From NCBI GenBank assembly GCA_051251915.1, contig JBPOGF010000003.1, forward strand, positions 128,001 to 192,000: DNA of 64,000 nt. Reading direction: 5' to 3'. Position numbers and translations under genes: made by a program. How positions within the stretch are numbered: the stretch's first letter is position 1; every line of letters starts with the position of its first letter. The stretch is from Akkermansiaceae bacterium (GTDB lineage Bacteria > Verrucomicrobiota > Verrucomicrobiia > Verrucomicrobiales > Akkermansiaceae). Below the pieces are notes generated by a model that did not search any database, had not been told where the DNA came from, and worked only from the letters and a program-made list of their open reading frames with translations. Below, piece by piece: positions 36,584 to 46,699 of this stretch.

Positions 36584-38098
36584 ATGGAAACAGAAGAATT
36601 AAAAGCAAAGATTTTAGAACTGACACGTGAATACAGCCGTCAGGTTCACAGTGCCAACCGCCCAGGAGATGATAGCCAGCATGCGCCATTCATAGCAGGA
36701 GAGACGACCGTTCCTTATGCAGGGAGAGTATTTGACGAAGATGAGGTAGAAGCAGCAGTATCTTCCACACTCGATTTTTGGCTCACAATGGGGCCTGAGG
36801 GAGCCGCGATGGAAAAAGAGCTAGCTGAATTCATGGGAGTTAAGCACAGTTTGTTGGTAAACTCTGGGTCATCGGCTAACTTAGTTGCATTGAGTGCTTT
36901 GACTACACATAAGCTTCCTGAGAAAAAGAGAATTGTGCCAGGTGATGAAATCATCACAGTAGCAGCTGGTTTCCCTACGACTGTGACACCGATCATCCAA
37001 TGTGGTGCCGTGCCTGTATTTATTGATGCCAAGAGTCTTACGGGTAATGCGAATTGTGCGTTGCTGGAGGATGCCTACGTTGAAGGTAAAACAAAAGCGG
37101 TGATGATGGCGCATGCTTTAGGCAATCCATTTGAGCTAGGTAAAGTATTAGAATTTTGTAAGAAATATGATCTCTGGTTGGTTGAAGATAACTGTGATGC
37201 TTTAGGGTGCACGTATTCTTTACCAGTGGAGAATGCAAAAACGTTAGGGTTAGATCATCTACTCAAGTTGGCAGCGAAACGAGAAGAAGGGCAATTCCCC
37301 AACATTAAAGATGGAGTCCTCACTGCGTATACTGGAACATTTGGTGATATTTCTACTCAATCATTCTACCCTCCACATCACCTCACGATGGGTGAAGGCG
37401 GTGCGGTGAATATTATCCGTAGAGCACCACTTAAGACATATGCAGAGAGTTTCCGTGATTGGGGGCGCGATTGTTGGTGTCCGTCTGGGAAAGACGATAC
37501 TTGCTGTAAGAGATTTCAATGGCAGTTGGGTGAATTACCTGAAGGTTATGACCATAAATACATATACAGCCACTTAGGCTACAATGTGAAACCACTTGAT
37601 CCTCAAGCCGCGATTGGTAGAGTGCAGCTTCGTAGGTTGCCGGCATTTATTCAGGCTCGTAAGGACAACTGGCAGAAGCTGAGACTAGGGTTAGCTTCGC
37701 TCGACAAGTACATTGATTTTGCCTTACCAACACATGCTACGGCATGGAATGAAGATGGGACATTTGAGTGGGACGAGACAGGACATAGAACAGATTGTTC
37801 ATGGTTTGGTTTTAAAATGACGATCAAGTCTGATGCGCCATTCACAAGGACGGATCTTGCAAGGCACTTAGATGAGAAGAAGATTGGTAACCGGATGTTA
37901 TTTGGTGGGAACTTGGTAAGGCAACCAGCTTTTGTTCAGCTTCGCCATGATCGGCCCGATGCTATGCGCGTGTCTGGTGAGTTACCAGAAGCTGATCGCA
38001 TAATGAATTACACCATGTTCCTTGGTACATATCCGGGTTTAACTCAAGAGCAAATAAATTATATGGTGAAAGTGATCATAGAATTTTGTGAACAATAA
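36584..38098 (+). CDS. rfbH: CDP-4-keto-6-deoxyglucose 3-dehydratase (E1, RfbH/DdhC)
   Basis: VNSGSSANL, EDNCDALG, SFYPPHHLTMGEGG (His in place of the PLP Lys), DWGRDCWC...DTC, YDHKYIYSHLGYN. Confidence 0.92.
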   Translation: METEELKAKILELTREYSRQVHSANRPGDDSQHAPFIAGETTVPYAGRVFDEDEVEAAVSSTLDFWLTMGPEGAAMEKELAEFMGVKHSLLVNSGSSANLVALSALTTHKLPEKKRIVPGDEIITVAAGFPTTVTPIIQCGAVPVFIDAKSLTGNANCALLEDAYVEGKTKAVMMAHALGNPFELGKVLEFCKKYDLWLVEDNCDALGCTYSLPVENAKTLGLDHLLKLAAKREEGQFPNIKDGVLTAYTGTFGDISTQSFYPPHHLTMGEGGAVNIIRRAPLKTYAESFRDWGRDCWCPSGKDDTCCKRFQWQLGELPEGYDHKYIYSHLGYNVKPLDPQAAIGRVQLRRLPAFIQARKDNWQKLRLGLASLDKYIDFALPTHATAWNEDGTFEWDETGHRTDCSWFGFKMTIKSDAPFTRTDLARHLDEKKIGNRMLFGGNLVRQPAFVQLRHDRPDAMRVSGELPEADRIMNYTMFLGTYPGLTQEQINYMVKVIIEFCEQ

Positions 38099-38111
38099 GT
38101 GATTAGTTAAC

Positions 38112-38957
38112 ATGCGCTTATTTGTTACTGGTGCCAGTGGGTTTATAGGAAGTCACTTTGTGGACTTAGCGTTGTCTCAAGGGCACACAATAGTGGCTTT
38201 AAGTCGTGATAATTCGATGCCAAAAACATCAGATGGAAATCTGCAGTTTTTTCATGGTGAATTACATACAGTTAGAAAGGAAGTACTTGAGAAATGTGAT
38301 GCACTCTATCATTTTGCATCACATGGGGTATCCCCGCAGAGGTGCACATGGGCATCAGCGTTAGAGATTAATACAACAAGGTCGATAGCTCTGATTCAAT
38401 TAGCACTAGAAGCTAATGTACCGAGAATTGTTTGTTGCGGTAGCTGTATGGAGTATGGGAAAGCAGGGGAGACGTATGAGAAGGTTCCACCGGATGCACC
38501 TCTCTTACCATTTGGTCCGTATGCGATATCTAAAGTAGCTTTTGCTCATGCATTAGCGAGTCTTTCAAGGACGACAACTTCTAAGCTTCAACTGTTACGG
38601 CCTTTTCATGTTTATGGCGATGGACAATATGAATCTAATTTTTGGCCAACCTTAAAAAAAGCAGCAATAGAAGGCAAAGACTTTGAAATGACTAGTGGTG
38701 AACAGATACGAGATTATCAGTCTGTAGTCGAAGTAGTGTCTGACTTTTTAGAGGCTTTATATTGTAAACTATCTATAGTTGGTAAACTAAATGTGAGGAA
38801 TTTGGGTAGTGGTGAAGCGATTAAAATGAGTAATTTTGCAGAGAAGTGGTGGCGACATTGGGAAGCATCTGGCGCTCTGAACATTGGAGCATTAGCATAT
38901 AGAGAAAATGAAGTTATGCGCTATGTGCCATGTATCAATTCGATAGCACAAATTTAA
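38112..38957 (+). CDS. NAD-dependent epimerase/reductase, probable CDP-3,6-dideoxyhexose 4-reductase
   Basis: TGASGFIG, GSCMEYG, YAISK, GEQIRDY; located directly after rfbFGH. Confidence 0.7.
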   Translation: MRLFVTGASGFIGSHFVDLALSQGHTIVALSRDNSMPKTSDGNLQFFHGELHTVRKEVLEKCDALYHFASHGVSPQRCTWASALEINTTRSIALIQLALEANVPRIVCCGSCMEYGKAGETYEKVPPDAPLLPFGPYAISKVAFAHALASLSRTTTSKLQLLRPFHVYGDGQYESNFWPTLKKAAIEGKDFEMTSGEQIRDYQSVVEVVSDFLEALYCKLSIVGKLNVRNLGSGEAIKMSNFAEKWWRHWEASGALNIGALAYRENEVMRYVPCINSIAQI

Positions 38958-38960
38958 GTT

Positions 38961-39626
38961 ATGAAGATAAAACAAACAATCAAAAATGCTTTATTTGGTA
39001 AACCTGTATTACTTCAGCAGAAGTTACTCGAAGCCTCTTTAAGAGAAATTGGAATCAAACCCAAATTAGTGAAAATTGAGATAGATCACTTAAACGGATA
39101 TTCAATGGTAAATGGATATTCTTTGGGAATAATTTATCCTGTAATTTTTTTTGAACTTTGTGAGAATTTGCCAAATATCAAAAAATATAAATATTATTTT
39201 AATGGAGCCATGCCCGACTTAGGAGGAAGACGGGAAATGTTGGAATCATACATTGATGATGATAATAATCTAATTATATCATCTCAGCAAGGGAGGAATA
39301 ACCGACGGAAAGGGAAATTTAATAAGGATTATTATAGTCATTTGAAGATGGCTCAATTTACATTGTGTCCACATCAAACAGACTGGACTGGCCCCAAATC
39401 AACAATGTGGACGTATCGGTTTATAGAAGCATGTATGGGAAGATCAATCCCAATCACTTTTAGAAGCACGCCGTTGGGAGAAGATTTTATAAAAGGATTT
39501 CATGTTCAATGGGATGATGAGAAAAATACGTATGAGGAGAGCCTAACTTCTGAGAATTTTGAATTGGCTAAGCAAAAGTTCACATTGAGTGGAGTAGATA
39601 TCACAAAAATTAAAGACACTTTATAA
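38961..39626 (+). CDS. Exostosin (GT47)-like short glycosyltransferase domain
   Basis: YYSHLKMAQFTLCP...WTYRFIEACMGRSIPI resembles the exostosin Y..L..S.FCLCP...R..EA...GCIPV motif. Confidence 0.6.
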   Translation: MKIKQTIKNALFGKPVLLQQKLLEASLREIGIKPKLVKIEIDHLNGYSMVNGYSLGIIYPVIFFELCENLPNIKKYKYYFNGAMPDLGGRREMLESYIDDDNNLIISSQQGRNNRRKGKFNKDYYSHLKMAQFTLCPHQTDWTGPKSTMWTYRFIEACMGRSIPITFRSTPLGEDFIKGFHVQWDDEKNTYEESLTSENFELAKQKFTLSGVDITKIKDTL

Positions 39627-39678
39627 AGTGTGCTATAGATGATTAACTGCATTAATCATCTGAACGCAAAAAACTTTT

Positions 39679-41181
39679 TTGAAAAGCTATAAACAGATAT
39701 TTAAAACATCGGTGATCACTGGTTCAGCGCAGTTGATAAATTACTCAATTGGGATGATTCGGATGAAGGTTATCGCTGTCTTGTTGGGAACTTCTGGAGT
39801 GGGGCTGATCGGGCTATATAATTCGATAGTGGCTTTAGGTGTTACTCTGTCCCAAATGGGGGTTGATCAAAGTGGAATCAGAGAAATAGCAGAAGCAGAA
39901 GGTAGATCGGATTCTAGAGAAGTAGCATCACTTATAAAAGCGATCCAGAGAATATGCTGGGTATCAGGTCTGTTAGGCTGGTTGCTAGTAATACTACTCG
40001 CGCCAATACTTAGTAGTTTATTTTTCCAAACTAATCATCATGCTATACTTGTAGTAGTACTGGGTGCCGCTATATTATTCGGTGTGGTAAATGGTGTTTA
40101 CAGTGCGAAGCTGCGAGGATTACGAAAGATATTAGATTTAGCAAAAATACAAGTTTTAGCATCATTATTCTCGACATTGATAGCGGTGAGTATTTTTTGT
40201 ATTGTTGGTGAAAAAGGAATTATTCCTGCAATTGTTTTAACAGCATTTATGCAACTTTGTTTTAGCTGGTGGTTTAGTAAGCGAATTGTTTTAGTTGCAT
40301 GTGAACAAAAATGGACTGAGACTCTAAAGAGATCAAAGAGGTTGCTTTATGTAGGATCTCCATTTCTTTATGGAGCGTTATTGGCGGTATTAGTAGCATT
40401 TTTAATTCGTATTCAGACAGTTAGAGAACTTGGTATTGAAGCAAACGGAATTTATCAAGCGGTTTGGGCTATATCAGGGATGCTTGGTGGTTTTATCGTT
40501 ACGGCAATGGCCGCAGACTTTTATCCAAGGTTAACGGCAGCATCTGAAGATCACACGTTAGTTAATTCGCTCGTAAACGAGCAGATAGAGATAGGAACAT
40601 TACTAGCTCTACCTGGTCTGGTTATGCTAACGGGATTTACTTCTTGGGTTCTCCGCATATTATATTCAGCTAGTTTTCTTTCAGGTAGTGAACTTCTTCC
40701 TTGGTTCGTTCTTGGAGCCTATGGGACGATTCTTATTTTTCCACTGGGAATGATACAAAGAGCTAAAGTAGCTACTGCTTGGATGTACGTTGGACAAACG
40801 GAAGCAAATTTAGTACATTTAATATTAATCGCAGTTTTTACAAGTTACTTTGGATTGACCGGACTTGGATATGCATTTTCACTTCATATCATTATTCATG
40901 GAGTGGTTGTTTATTTAATAGCTAAGAAGCTATCAGGTTTTAGCTTTACAGGATCTTCATTGAAATTGATCATTTGTACATTATTCTTTATGTTGATTTC
41001 TGTTATAATTAATCATTATGCTAATAATATTGAGAACGTACTATTTAATGGGTTACTAGTAATTGGGGTATCTCTATTTTCACTAAAAGGATTAATTAAA
41101 CGTCTAGGGGCGGATCACAGAATCAGTCTATATGTGGATAAATTACCATTTCTCAGAAGATTAGTATCAGGAGAAAAATGA
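39679..41181 (+). CDS. wzx: Wzx O-unit flippase
   Basis: Many TM segments; KVIAVLLGTSGVGLIG, GIYQAVW, DFYPRL. Confidence 0.88.
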   Translation: MKSYKQIFKTSVITGSAQLINYSIGMIRMKVIAVLLGTSGVGLIGLYNSIVALGVTLSQMGVDQSGIREIAEAEGRSDSREVASLIKAIQRICWVSGLLGWLLVILLAPILSSLFFQTNHHAILVVVLGAAILFGVVNGVYSAKLRGLRKILDLAKIQVLASLFSTLIAVSIFCIVGEKGIIPAIVLTAFMQLCFSWWFSKRIVLVACEQKWTETLKRSKRLLYVGSPFLYGALLAVLVAFLIRIQTVRELGIEANGIYQAVWAISGMLGGFIVTAMAADFYPRLTAASEDHTLVNSLVNEQIEIGTLLALPGLVMLTGFTSWVLRILYSASFLSGSELLPWFVLGAYGTILIFPLGMIQRAKVATAWMYVGQTEANLVHLILIAVFTSYFGLTGLGYAFSLHIIIHGVVVYLIAKKLSGFSFTGSSLKLIICTLFFMLISVIINHYANNIENVLFNGLLVIGVSLFSLKGLIKRLGADHRISLYVDKLPFLRRLVSGEK

Positions 41182-41218
41182 ACAACCCTAGATTAGATTA
41201 TTTAAATAAATAGTTTAG

Positions 41219-42118
41219 ATGATCCTAATAAGAAAAACAGCTAACAAAATCAGTCATATGAACATCAGAAAATGGTTAGGTAATATAAAAATTCAACTTA
41301 GGCGATTGGTTAGGAATCAAAAACAAAGAAAAGTTTCTAGCCACTTGGTTAACGTTTTCTGGTGGGATACTAAACCTAATTTTGGAGATGAGATCACATT
41401 AGAGATTTTGAATTTCTATGGTATAGGAGTCAAATGGAGTGAGCCAGAGAGGGCTCAGATAGTAGGATTAGGAAGTATTTTACAGCTAGTTCCGGATGGT
41501 TACGGAGGTATCGTTTATGGCTCTGGTATTATTTCAGATACAAGTAGAAAGCCCCAGAATATAAATGCTTCAAACTTTATGGGAGTTAGAGGTAAGTATA
41601 CACGAGATATTTTCAAATTGCCTAAAGACCTAATTCTGGGAGACCCTGGGTTGATACTTTGTGAACTTAAAGGGATTGAGAAATCTAGTGAAGCTGCGTA
41701 TGATCTAGGGATTGTAATTCATTATAAGCATGAGATGGATAAAATAGTGTTAGCTTTAAAGGCTCATAATATCTCTAATGTGAAGTTAATTTCTCCATGT
41801 AATAGTGTGGAACAGGTGATTACAGAAATATCGAGCTGTAAGAATATATTATCAAGTTCTCTACATGGCTTGATAATAGCTGATTCTTTAGTAATACCTT
41901 CAAAGTGGATCACTTTCAACACAGATTTGGATGGAAATGAGTTTAAATTTCATGATTATTATAGTGCTTTTGGAATTCTCAGAAGCCGCTTTAGAGTTCT
42001 GGAATTAGGAGATATCGATAAAGCCGCAAAAGAGTGCGAGCTGATTCCTAGTAAAGAGTTGGAGCGAGTAATCTGTAATGTAAAATCAAACACGAAACGT
42101 ATGATTGACTTGTTATAG
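41219..42118 (+). CDS. Polysaccharide pyruvyltransferase
   Basis: NFGDE, GLGSIL, GVRGKYT, GDPGL, SSSLHGLIIADSLVIP. Confidence 0.85.
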   Translation: MILIRKTANKISHMNIRKWLGNIKIQLRRLVRNQKQRKVSSHLVNVFWWDTKPNFGDEITLEILNFYGIGVKWSEPERAQIVGLGSILQLVPDGYGGIVYGSGIISDTSRKPQNINASNFMGVRGKYTRDIFKLPKDLILGDPGLILCELKGIEKSSEAAYDLGIVIHYKHEMDKIVLALKAHNISNVKLISPCNSVEQVITEISSCKNILSSSLHGLIIADSLVIPSKWITFNTDLDGNEFKFHDYYSAFGILRSRFRVLELGDIDKAAKECELIPSKELERVICNVKSNTKRMIDLL

Positions 42119-42164
42119 AGATTGGAGCAATCGAGATTTAAAGACCATAAAAAATGTTACATAA

Positions 42165-43265
42165 ATGAAACTGTCTATAATTATACCAGTGTACAACGGA
42201 GCAAAGTTTCTAGAAGGAACCATAGGGATGTTGAAAAATTTTTTAATGACTGAGGTTGAGTTTATTATGGTGGATGATGGATCTACGGATAATTCGGTAG
42301 AAATTATTGAAACTTGCATTGAATTAGATACTAGGTTCCATGTTATCAAGAAAGAAAATGGCGGGGTCAATTCAGCTAGGAATGTAGGAATAGAAAATGC
42401 AAAGGGTGAATTGTTCTATTTTCTAGATTGCGATGATGTAGTTATTGTAAAGTCTCTATGTTGCGCGGTTAACAAAATGATGAGCGACCCATCATTGGAC
42501 TTGTTTCTCGCAGAGGTGTATTCAATTGATGAAAATGCAGAAATTATGCCACTTAATAAGTGGTCGAAAGATCATTTATATAGGCAGTTAGAGCTTTTGG
42601 CTGAATATTCTAAAATGTCATGGTTATTTGGTAATCCTATTGCTATTCATGCTGGTGTGTGGAGATCCTCAGTCGTTAAAAAAATAGGAGGATTTAATAC
42701 ACAACTCAAGCATTGGGAAGAACATGAAATGTATTGCCGAGCTGCTTGGAATAATGAACTTAAAATTCAGTGTGATAGAATAGAGCTAGGCTATTATCGG
42801 CGCCACCCTCACGGAGGTTCTTCATCAACCTCTATGTCTTCTGGGTATAAAAAATCCATAATGATGAGTATTATTAATGGTCAAGAATGGGAAAAACCAA
42901 TCCAAAGAGATGCGGTAGAAAGAATTTGCATGACCATTGACTTGATTCGTACTGATTTGTGCGATTCGCTTAATTCTATGCAAGAGCTATCTCATGCGAT
43001 TGATCATTTAGGATCAGAATTTGGAGTTGACCCCAAAAAATTACGTGAAGTATGTTTTTACACCCTTTCGCGTGAACCTCATTGCAGTTTGTTGTTAAAT
43101 GAAGTAGATGACTCAAGATTAGTTTCTTATGGGAGGGGGAGAGATTTTGTAAATTTAATAAAGGTGAAGGAATACAGACAAGGTCTATTTACTGCTCTAA
43201 AAGCTGTCTTAGTAAGACCTCTTGGTTTTTATAGAGGCCTGCAATCAAGATATAAAATTTTGTAA
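42165..43265 (+). CDS. Glycosyltransferase family 2
   Basis: SIIIPVYN, VDDGSTD, NGGVNSARN.G, FLDCDD. Confidence 0.9.
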   Translation: MKLSIIIPVYNGAKFLEGTIGMLKNFLMTEVEFIMVDDGSTDNSVEIIETCIELDTRFHVIKKENGGVNSARNVGIENAKGELFYFLDCDDVVIVKSLCCAVNKMMSDPSLDLFLAEVYSIDENAEIMPLNKWSKDHLYRQLELLAEYSKMSWLFGNPIAIHAGVWRSSVVKKIGGFNTQLKHWEEHEMYCRAAWNNELKIQCDRIELGYYRRHPHGGSSSTSMSSGYKKSIMMSIINGQEWEKPIQRDAVERICMTIDLIRTDLCDSLNSMQELSHAIDHLGSEFGVDPKKLREVCFYTLSREPHCSLLLNEVDDSRLVSYGRGRDFVNLIKVKEYRQGLFTALKAVLVRPLGFYRGLQSRYKIL

Positions 43266-43326
43266 TTATCCAGAAACATATGAAACCAAAGTGTTGAATA
43301 TGGTAATAAATTAAATTAAATAAAAA

Positions 43327-44817
43327 ATGAATACTAGTATTAAATCAACAGTGTATGTTATCATAGGAATATGTTTAGCCGTTATTTTTGGTTTTAATAT
43401 CATATCATCAGACCGTAATACGCTTGCTCAAGCCTATAAGTATGTACTAGCCATATCTTGTATCATCAGCATAATTAAACCAAGAACAGGTGTCTTTTTA
43501 TTACTATTCCAAACTGCATTTTTGGATTTGTTTAAGAGGTTTTTGATCGTTTTCGGTAATGTTTATATGAATGATCTCTATGTTATATTAGGAATAGCTC
43601 CCTTAACAATGTTGTGTATTATGGTTGGTACCTTCATCAAGAGAACCAGTAACAAAATAGAGCCGAGGCCAGGAGATTTTAAAAGACTAGTCATAGTGGT
43701 GGTATTGTTTTTAGTTCTTACTGCATTTACATTATTGTCTAGTACTACCGCAGATTCACAAACAGGTTTTGCTGGGATAGCAAACGCAGGAGCCTACGTG
43801 ACGCTAATCTATGTTATCCCTTTGTTGTTTAGGACGAGGGAAGATCTAAGAGGTTTACTAAAAACCTTCATACTCATCTACATTCCAGTGGCTATATATG
43901 GGATAATACAAGCTAAGCAGGGACTACAATCATGGGAACTGGAGTATTTAGAGTCTGGTTTAACCCAAGAAGTTAGGATTCTCTACGAGCAAGAAGCCTT
44001 GAGAGTATTTTCGACAATGAACGGAGCAGCAACGCTTTCAATATATGCATCGGTGCTTGGAGTAGGAGGGCTTCTTTTTATGGCCGCTAGGAATCAGAAT
44101 CTTGGAATCAATGGAAGGTTTAAACGACTGGCTCTATTCATGTTGTTAATTATTTGTGCTTACTATACGGTGAGTCGGGGTGGTTGGGTGTGTGGCATCA
44201 CTGTTGGGATAATGTGGGGGGTATACCGGAATAAAACATTGACCTGGGCAGCCTATGCTACTGCGATCTTGAGCTTTACGGCTGTAATTGTTTACTCAGA
44301 AGATTTAATGGAAACTACGATTCTAGCTGATCTGGAATATGATATGACAAGTAGTTTAGACACTGGAGATAGTGTTAATGAGAGGGCGCTTACGACGGGT
44401 ACTTTGAATGGCCGCTTAGAGAGTCTTGCGCAGCTTCATGATTCTGAAATGTGGACCCCTTTCGGATTAAAAATTGCTGACAAAGAACACGTGGGGGACT
44501 CATTTCGAGTTCACGATATATTGACAGATACTCTGATGAGAATTGGATATATACCTATTACACTGCTTCTGATCGGTGCAGTATTCTTCTTAATTAAGGC
44601 TCACATGCTGTCGTGGAACCAGGGCGATATTCACACCCGAAGAATGGCATATTGGCTCTATGCAATGCTTTTTGGTGTATTTGTGGGATCAATAGCAAAC
44701 CCTGCGCAGCTACGTACATTCCCAGTGAACATATTGTTTTTTCTCTTGCTTGGGGTGACGATATCTTTGCTGATTAATATTGATAATAACCAAAAACAAA
44801 CAATTGAGGAGAAATAG
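43327..44817 (+). CDS. Putative Wzy polymerase / O-antigen ligase-like membrane protein
   Basis: Many TM segments; RVFSTM, TVSRGGW, periplasmic loop with GTLNGR and HDILT..L..IG. Confidence 0.65.
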   Translation: MNTSIKSTVYVIIGICLAVIFGFNIISSDRNTLAQAYKYVLAISCIISIIKPRTGVFLLLFQTAFLDLFKRFLIVFGNVYMNDLYVILGIAPLTMLCIMVGTFIKRTSNKIEPRPGDFKRLVIVVVLFLVLTAFTLLSSTTADSQTGFAGIANAGAYVTLIYVIPLLFRTREDLRGLLKTFILIYIPVAIYGIIQAKQGLQSWELEYLESGLTQEVRILYEQEALRVFSTMNGAATLSIYASVLGVGGLLFMAARNQNLGINGRFKRLALFMLLIICAYYTVSRGGWVCGITVGIMWGVYRNKTLTWAAYATAILSFTAVIVYSEDLMETTILADLEYDMTSSLDTGDSVNERALTTGTLNGRLESLAQLHDSEMWTPFGLKIADKEHVGDSFRVHDILTDTLMRIGYIPITLLLIGAVFFLIKAHMLSWNQGDIHTRRMAYWLYAMLFGVFVGSIANPAQLRTFPVNILFFLLLGVTISLLINIDNNQKQTIEEK

Positions 44818-44819
44818 CA

Positions 44820-45860
44820 ATGAGTAAAATATTACTACCTATATCGTTGGATCGAGTAAGATCTCCTATATCGACACTATTGCGCTACATTGCTTTGTCC
44901 TTGCCTGAACATAGTTTTGTAGGTGGTTCAAATCCGAGTGATGGCGTTGATGCTGAGTGTGCGAAAGAATTATGGCAACAAAATCATATACGGTCTGCTA
45001 GCCCATTTGAAATGGCTATGATGCGATTCGATATTGTTCATCACGCCTCAGCAACCCCCAAAAATCTAGCAGCAGCGCGGCTGGCAAAAATACGAAGTTT
45101 AGGTAAGGTAAAACATATATTTACGGCCAACTGCGAACCTTATTCTACGGATCCGTATTTAAAGTATATGAAGCGATCTTTAGAGAAAGCTGATGTTGTA
45201 GTAGCTGTAAGCGAGGCAGTGGCTAGAGGGGTAAAGGAGTATACGGGGCGCAACGTAGACTGTGTTATACCAAATGGTTTTGATGAACTATTTTATACAT
45301 TACCTGAGAATTACGAATCCAGCGAAAGGCCTTTTTTCTTATTTTGTGCTCAGATCTTAGATCGTAAGAACCCCGATTTTTTCTTAGATTTAGCAGGAGA
45401 GCATCCTGAGTGTGATTTTGTTATGGTTGGGAATAACCCATATCCTGATTCAGAGTTTGCCAAAAGTATTATGAAGCGGGTAAGCGAGTTAGATAATGTT
45501 AAACACTTGGGAATGAGGTCTAGAGTTGAGTTAAGGGAGTTGATGCAACAAGCGACTGCTCTTCTTTTTCCATCAGACTATGAGGGGCTTCCTTTAACTG
45601 TTGTTGAGGCAATGGGGTGCGGGTGTCCTGTTATTGCTCAGCCTAAGAGCTCTTTACCAGAAGTGATACAACACAATAATACAGGATGGTTGTATCTTAT
45701 AGAAGAGTCTGCCTCTTGGAAAAAAACCATTGCGAAGCTGCTGTCTATGACTGATGATGAGCGTCATGCATTTGCGTCTACAGTTCGCAATTCTGTGGTT
45801 GAAAAGTTCACGTGGAGTACCATTGCGAGATTATATGGCGAGCTGTATGCACGGGCGTAG
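44820..45860 (+). CDS. Glycosyltransferase family 4
   Basis: VVAVSEAV, VIPNG, LLFPSDYEGLPLTVVEAMGCGCPVI. Confidence 0.88.
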   Translation: MSKILLPISLDRVRSPISTLLRYIALSLPEHSFVGGSNPSDGVDAECAKELWQQNHIRSASPFEMAMMRFDIVHHASATPKNLAAARLAKIRSLGKVKHIFTANCEPYSTDPYLKYMKRSLEKADVVVAVSEAVARGVKEYTGRNVDCVIPNGFDELFYTLPENYESSERPFFLFCAQILDRKNPDFFLDLAGEHPECDFVMVGNNPYPDSEFAKSIMKRVSELDNVKHLGMRSRVELRELMQQATALLFPSDYEGLPLTVVEAMGCGCPVIAQPKSSLPEVIQHNNTGWLYLIEESASWKKTIAKLLSMTDDERHAFASTVRNSVVEKFTWSTIARLYGELYARA

Positions 45861-45885
45861 AGGATTAAAGAATCTAAGAATTTTC

Positions 45886-46617
45886 ATGAAATTATATATG
45901 AAGTATAAATCAGTAAAGCATAGCGTTAGAGAGTATTTTAGTCATAGTGCTACAGGTGTAAAGTTCTTGTCTTGGTTTGGTTCTTGGAGGTCAGGCCTAG
46001 TGAAGAGAGATTCAAGGATCTGCATCGAGGCGTATCCGCGCTCAGCAAATACCTATTCTGTGGCGGCTTTTAAGATCAGTCAGGACGATATGGGGAGCCA
46101 TATAGCGAGGCATAGCCACATGGCTGGGCAGGTGAAGTTAGCTTTAAATTATGAAATCCCCTGTCTGGTTGTGATTCGCGAACCACTAGCGGCAGCTTCT
46201 AGTTTGGCGGTTTTTGCTCCGTATTTATCAGTAAAGCAATGTTTAAAATCCTATATCCAATTTTATCAATCAATTTGGGCTGATCGAGACCGTTTCGTAT
46301 GTGTTAAATTTGAAACTGTGGTGGAGAGTTATGACCAAATCATACAGCAGTTAAATAAGAAATATTCACTGGATCTTAAAGGTTTTGAATCAAACGACGA
46401 GATGGAGAAAAGTTGTTTTGAGTTGGTCGAAGAAATGGATAGGATATATAGTAAATCTGAAGAGATCACACCAACAAAGGTAGCTCGCCCTAATGAAGAT
46501 CGGACGAAGCTAAATGAGGTTGCTAAACAAGAGCTAAAGCAGGAGAAATACAAAAATCTGTTGTTCGAGGCACAAGAATTGTATGAAAAGTATCTTGAAT
46601 ACATAGAGGGTCGATAG
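45886..46617 (+). CDS. Sulfotransferase-like protein
   Basis: IEAYPRSANT resembles the PAPS 5'-PSB loop; VVIREPLAAASS resembles the 3'-PB motif (R.P...S); VKFETV. Confidence 0.6.
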   Translation: MKLYMKYKSVKHSVREYFSHSATGVKFLSWFGSWRSGLVKRDSRICIEAYPRSANTYSVAAFKISQDDMGSHIARHSHMAGQVKLALNYEIPCLVVIREPLAAASSLAVFAPYLSVKQCLKSYIQFYQSIWADRDRFVCVKFETVVESYDQIIQQLNKKYSLDLKGFESNDEMEKSCFELVEEMDRIYSKSEEITPTKVARPNEDRTKLNEVAKQELKQEKYKNLLFEAQELYEKYLEYIEGR

Positions 46618-46699
46618 TAATAATGCCCGTAATACCATAGGTATATTGGTGGATACAATGTTCAGTATAAAAATAGAAAATTCACTCGAACAATAAAAT

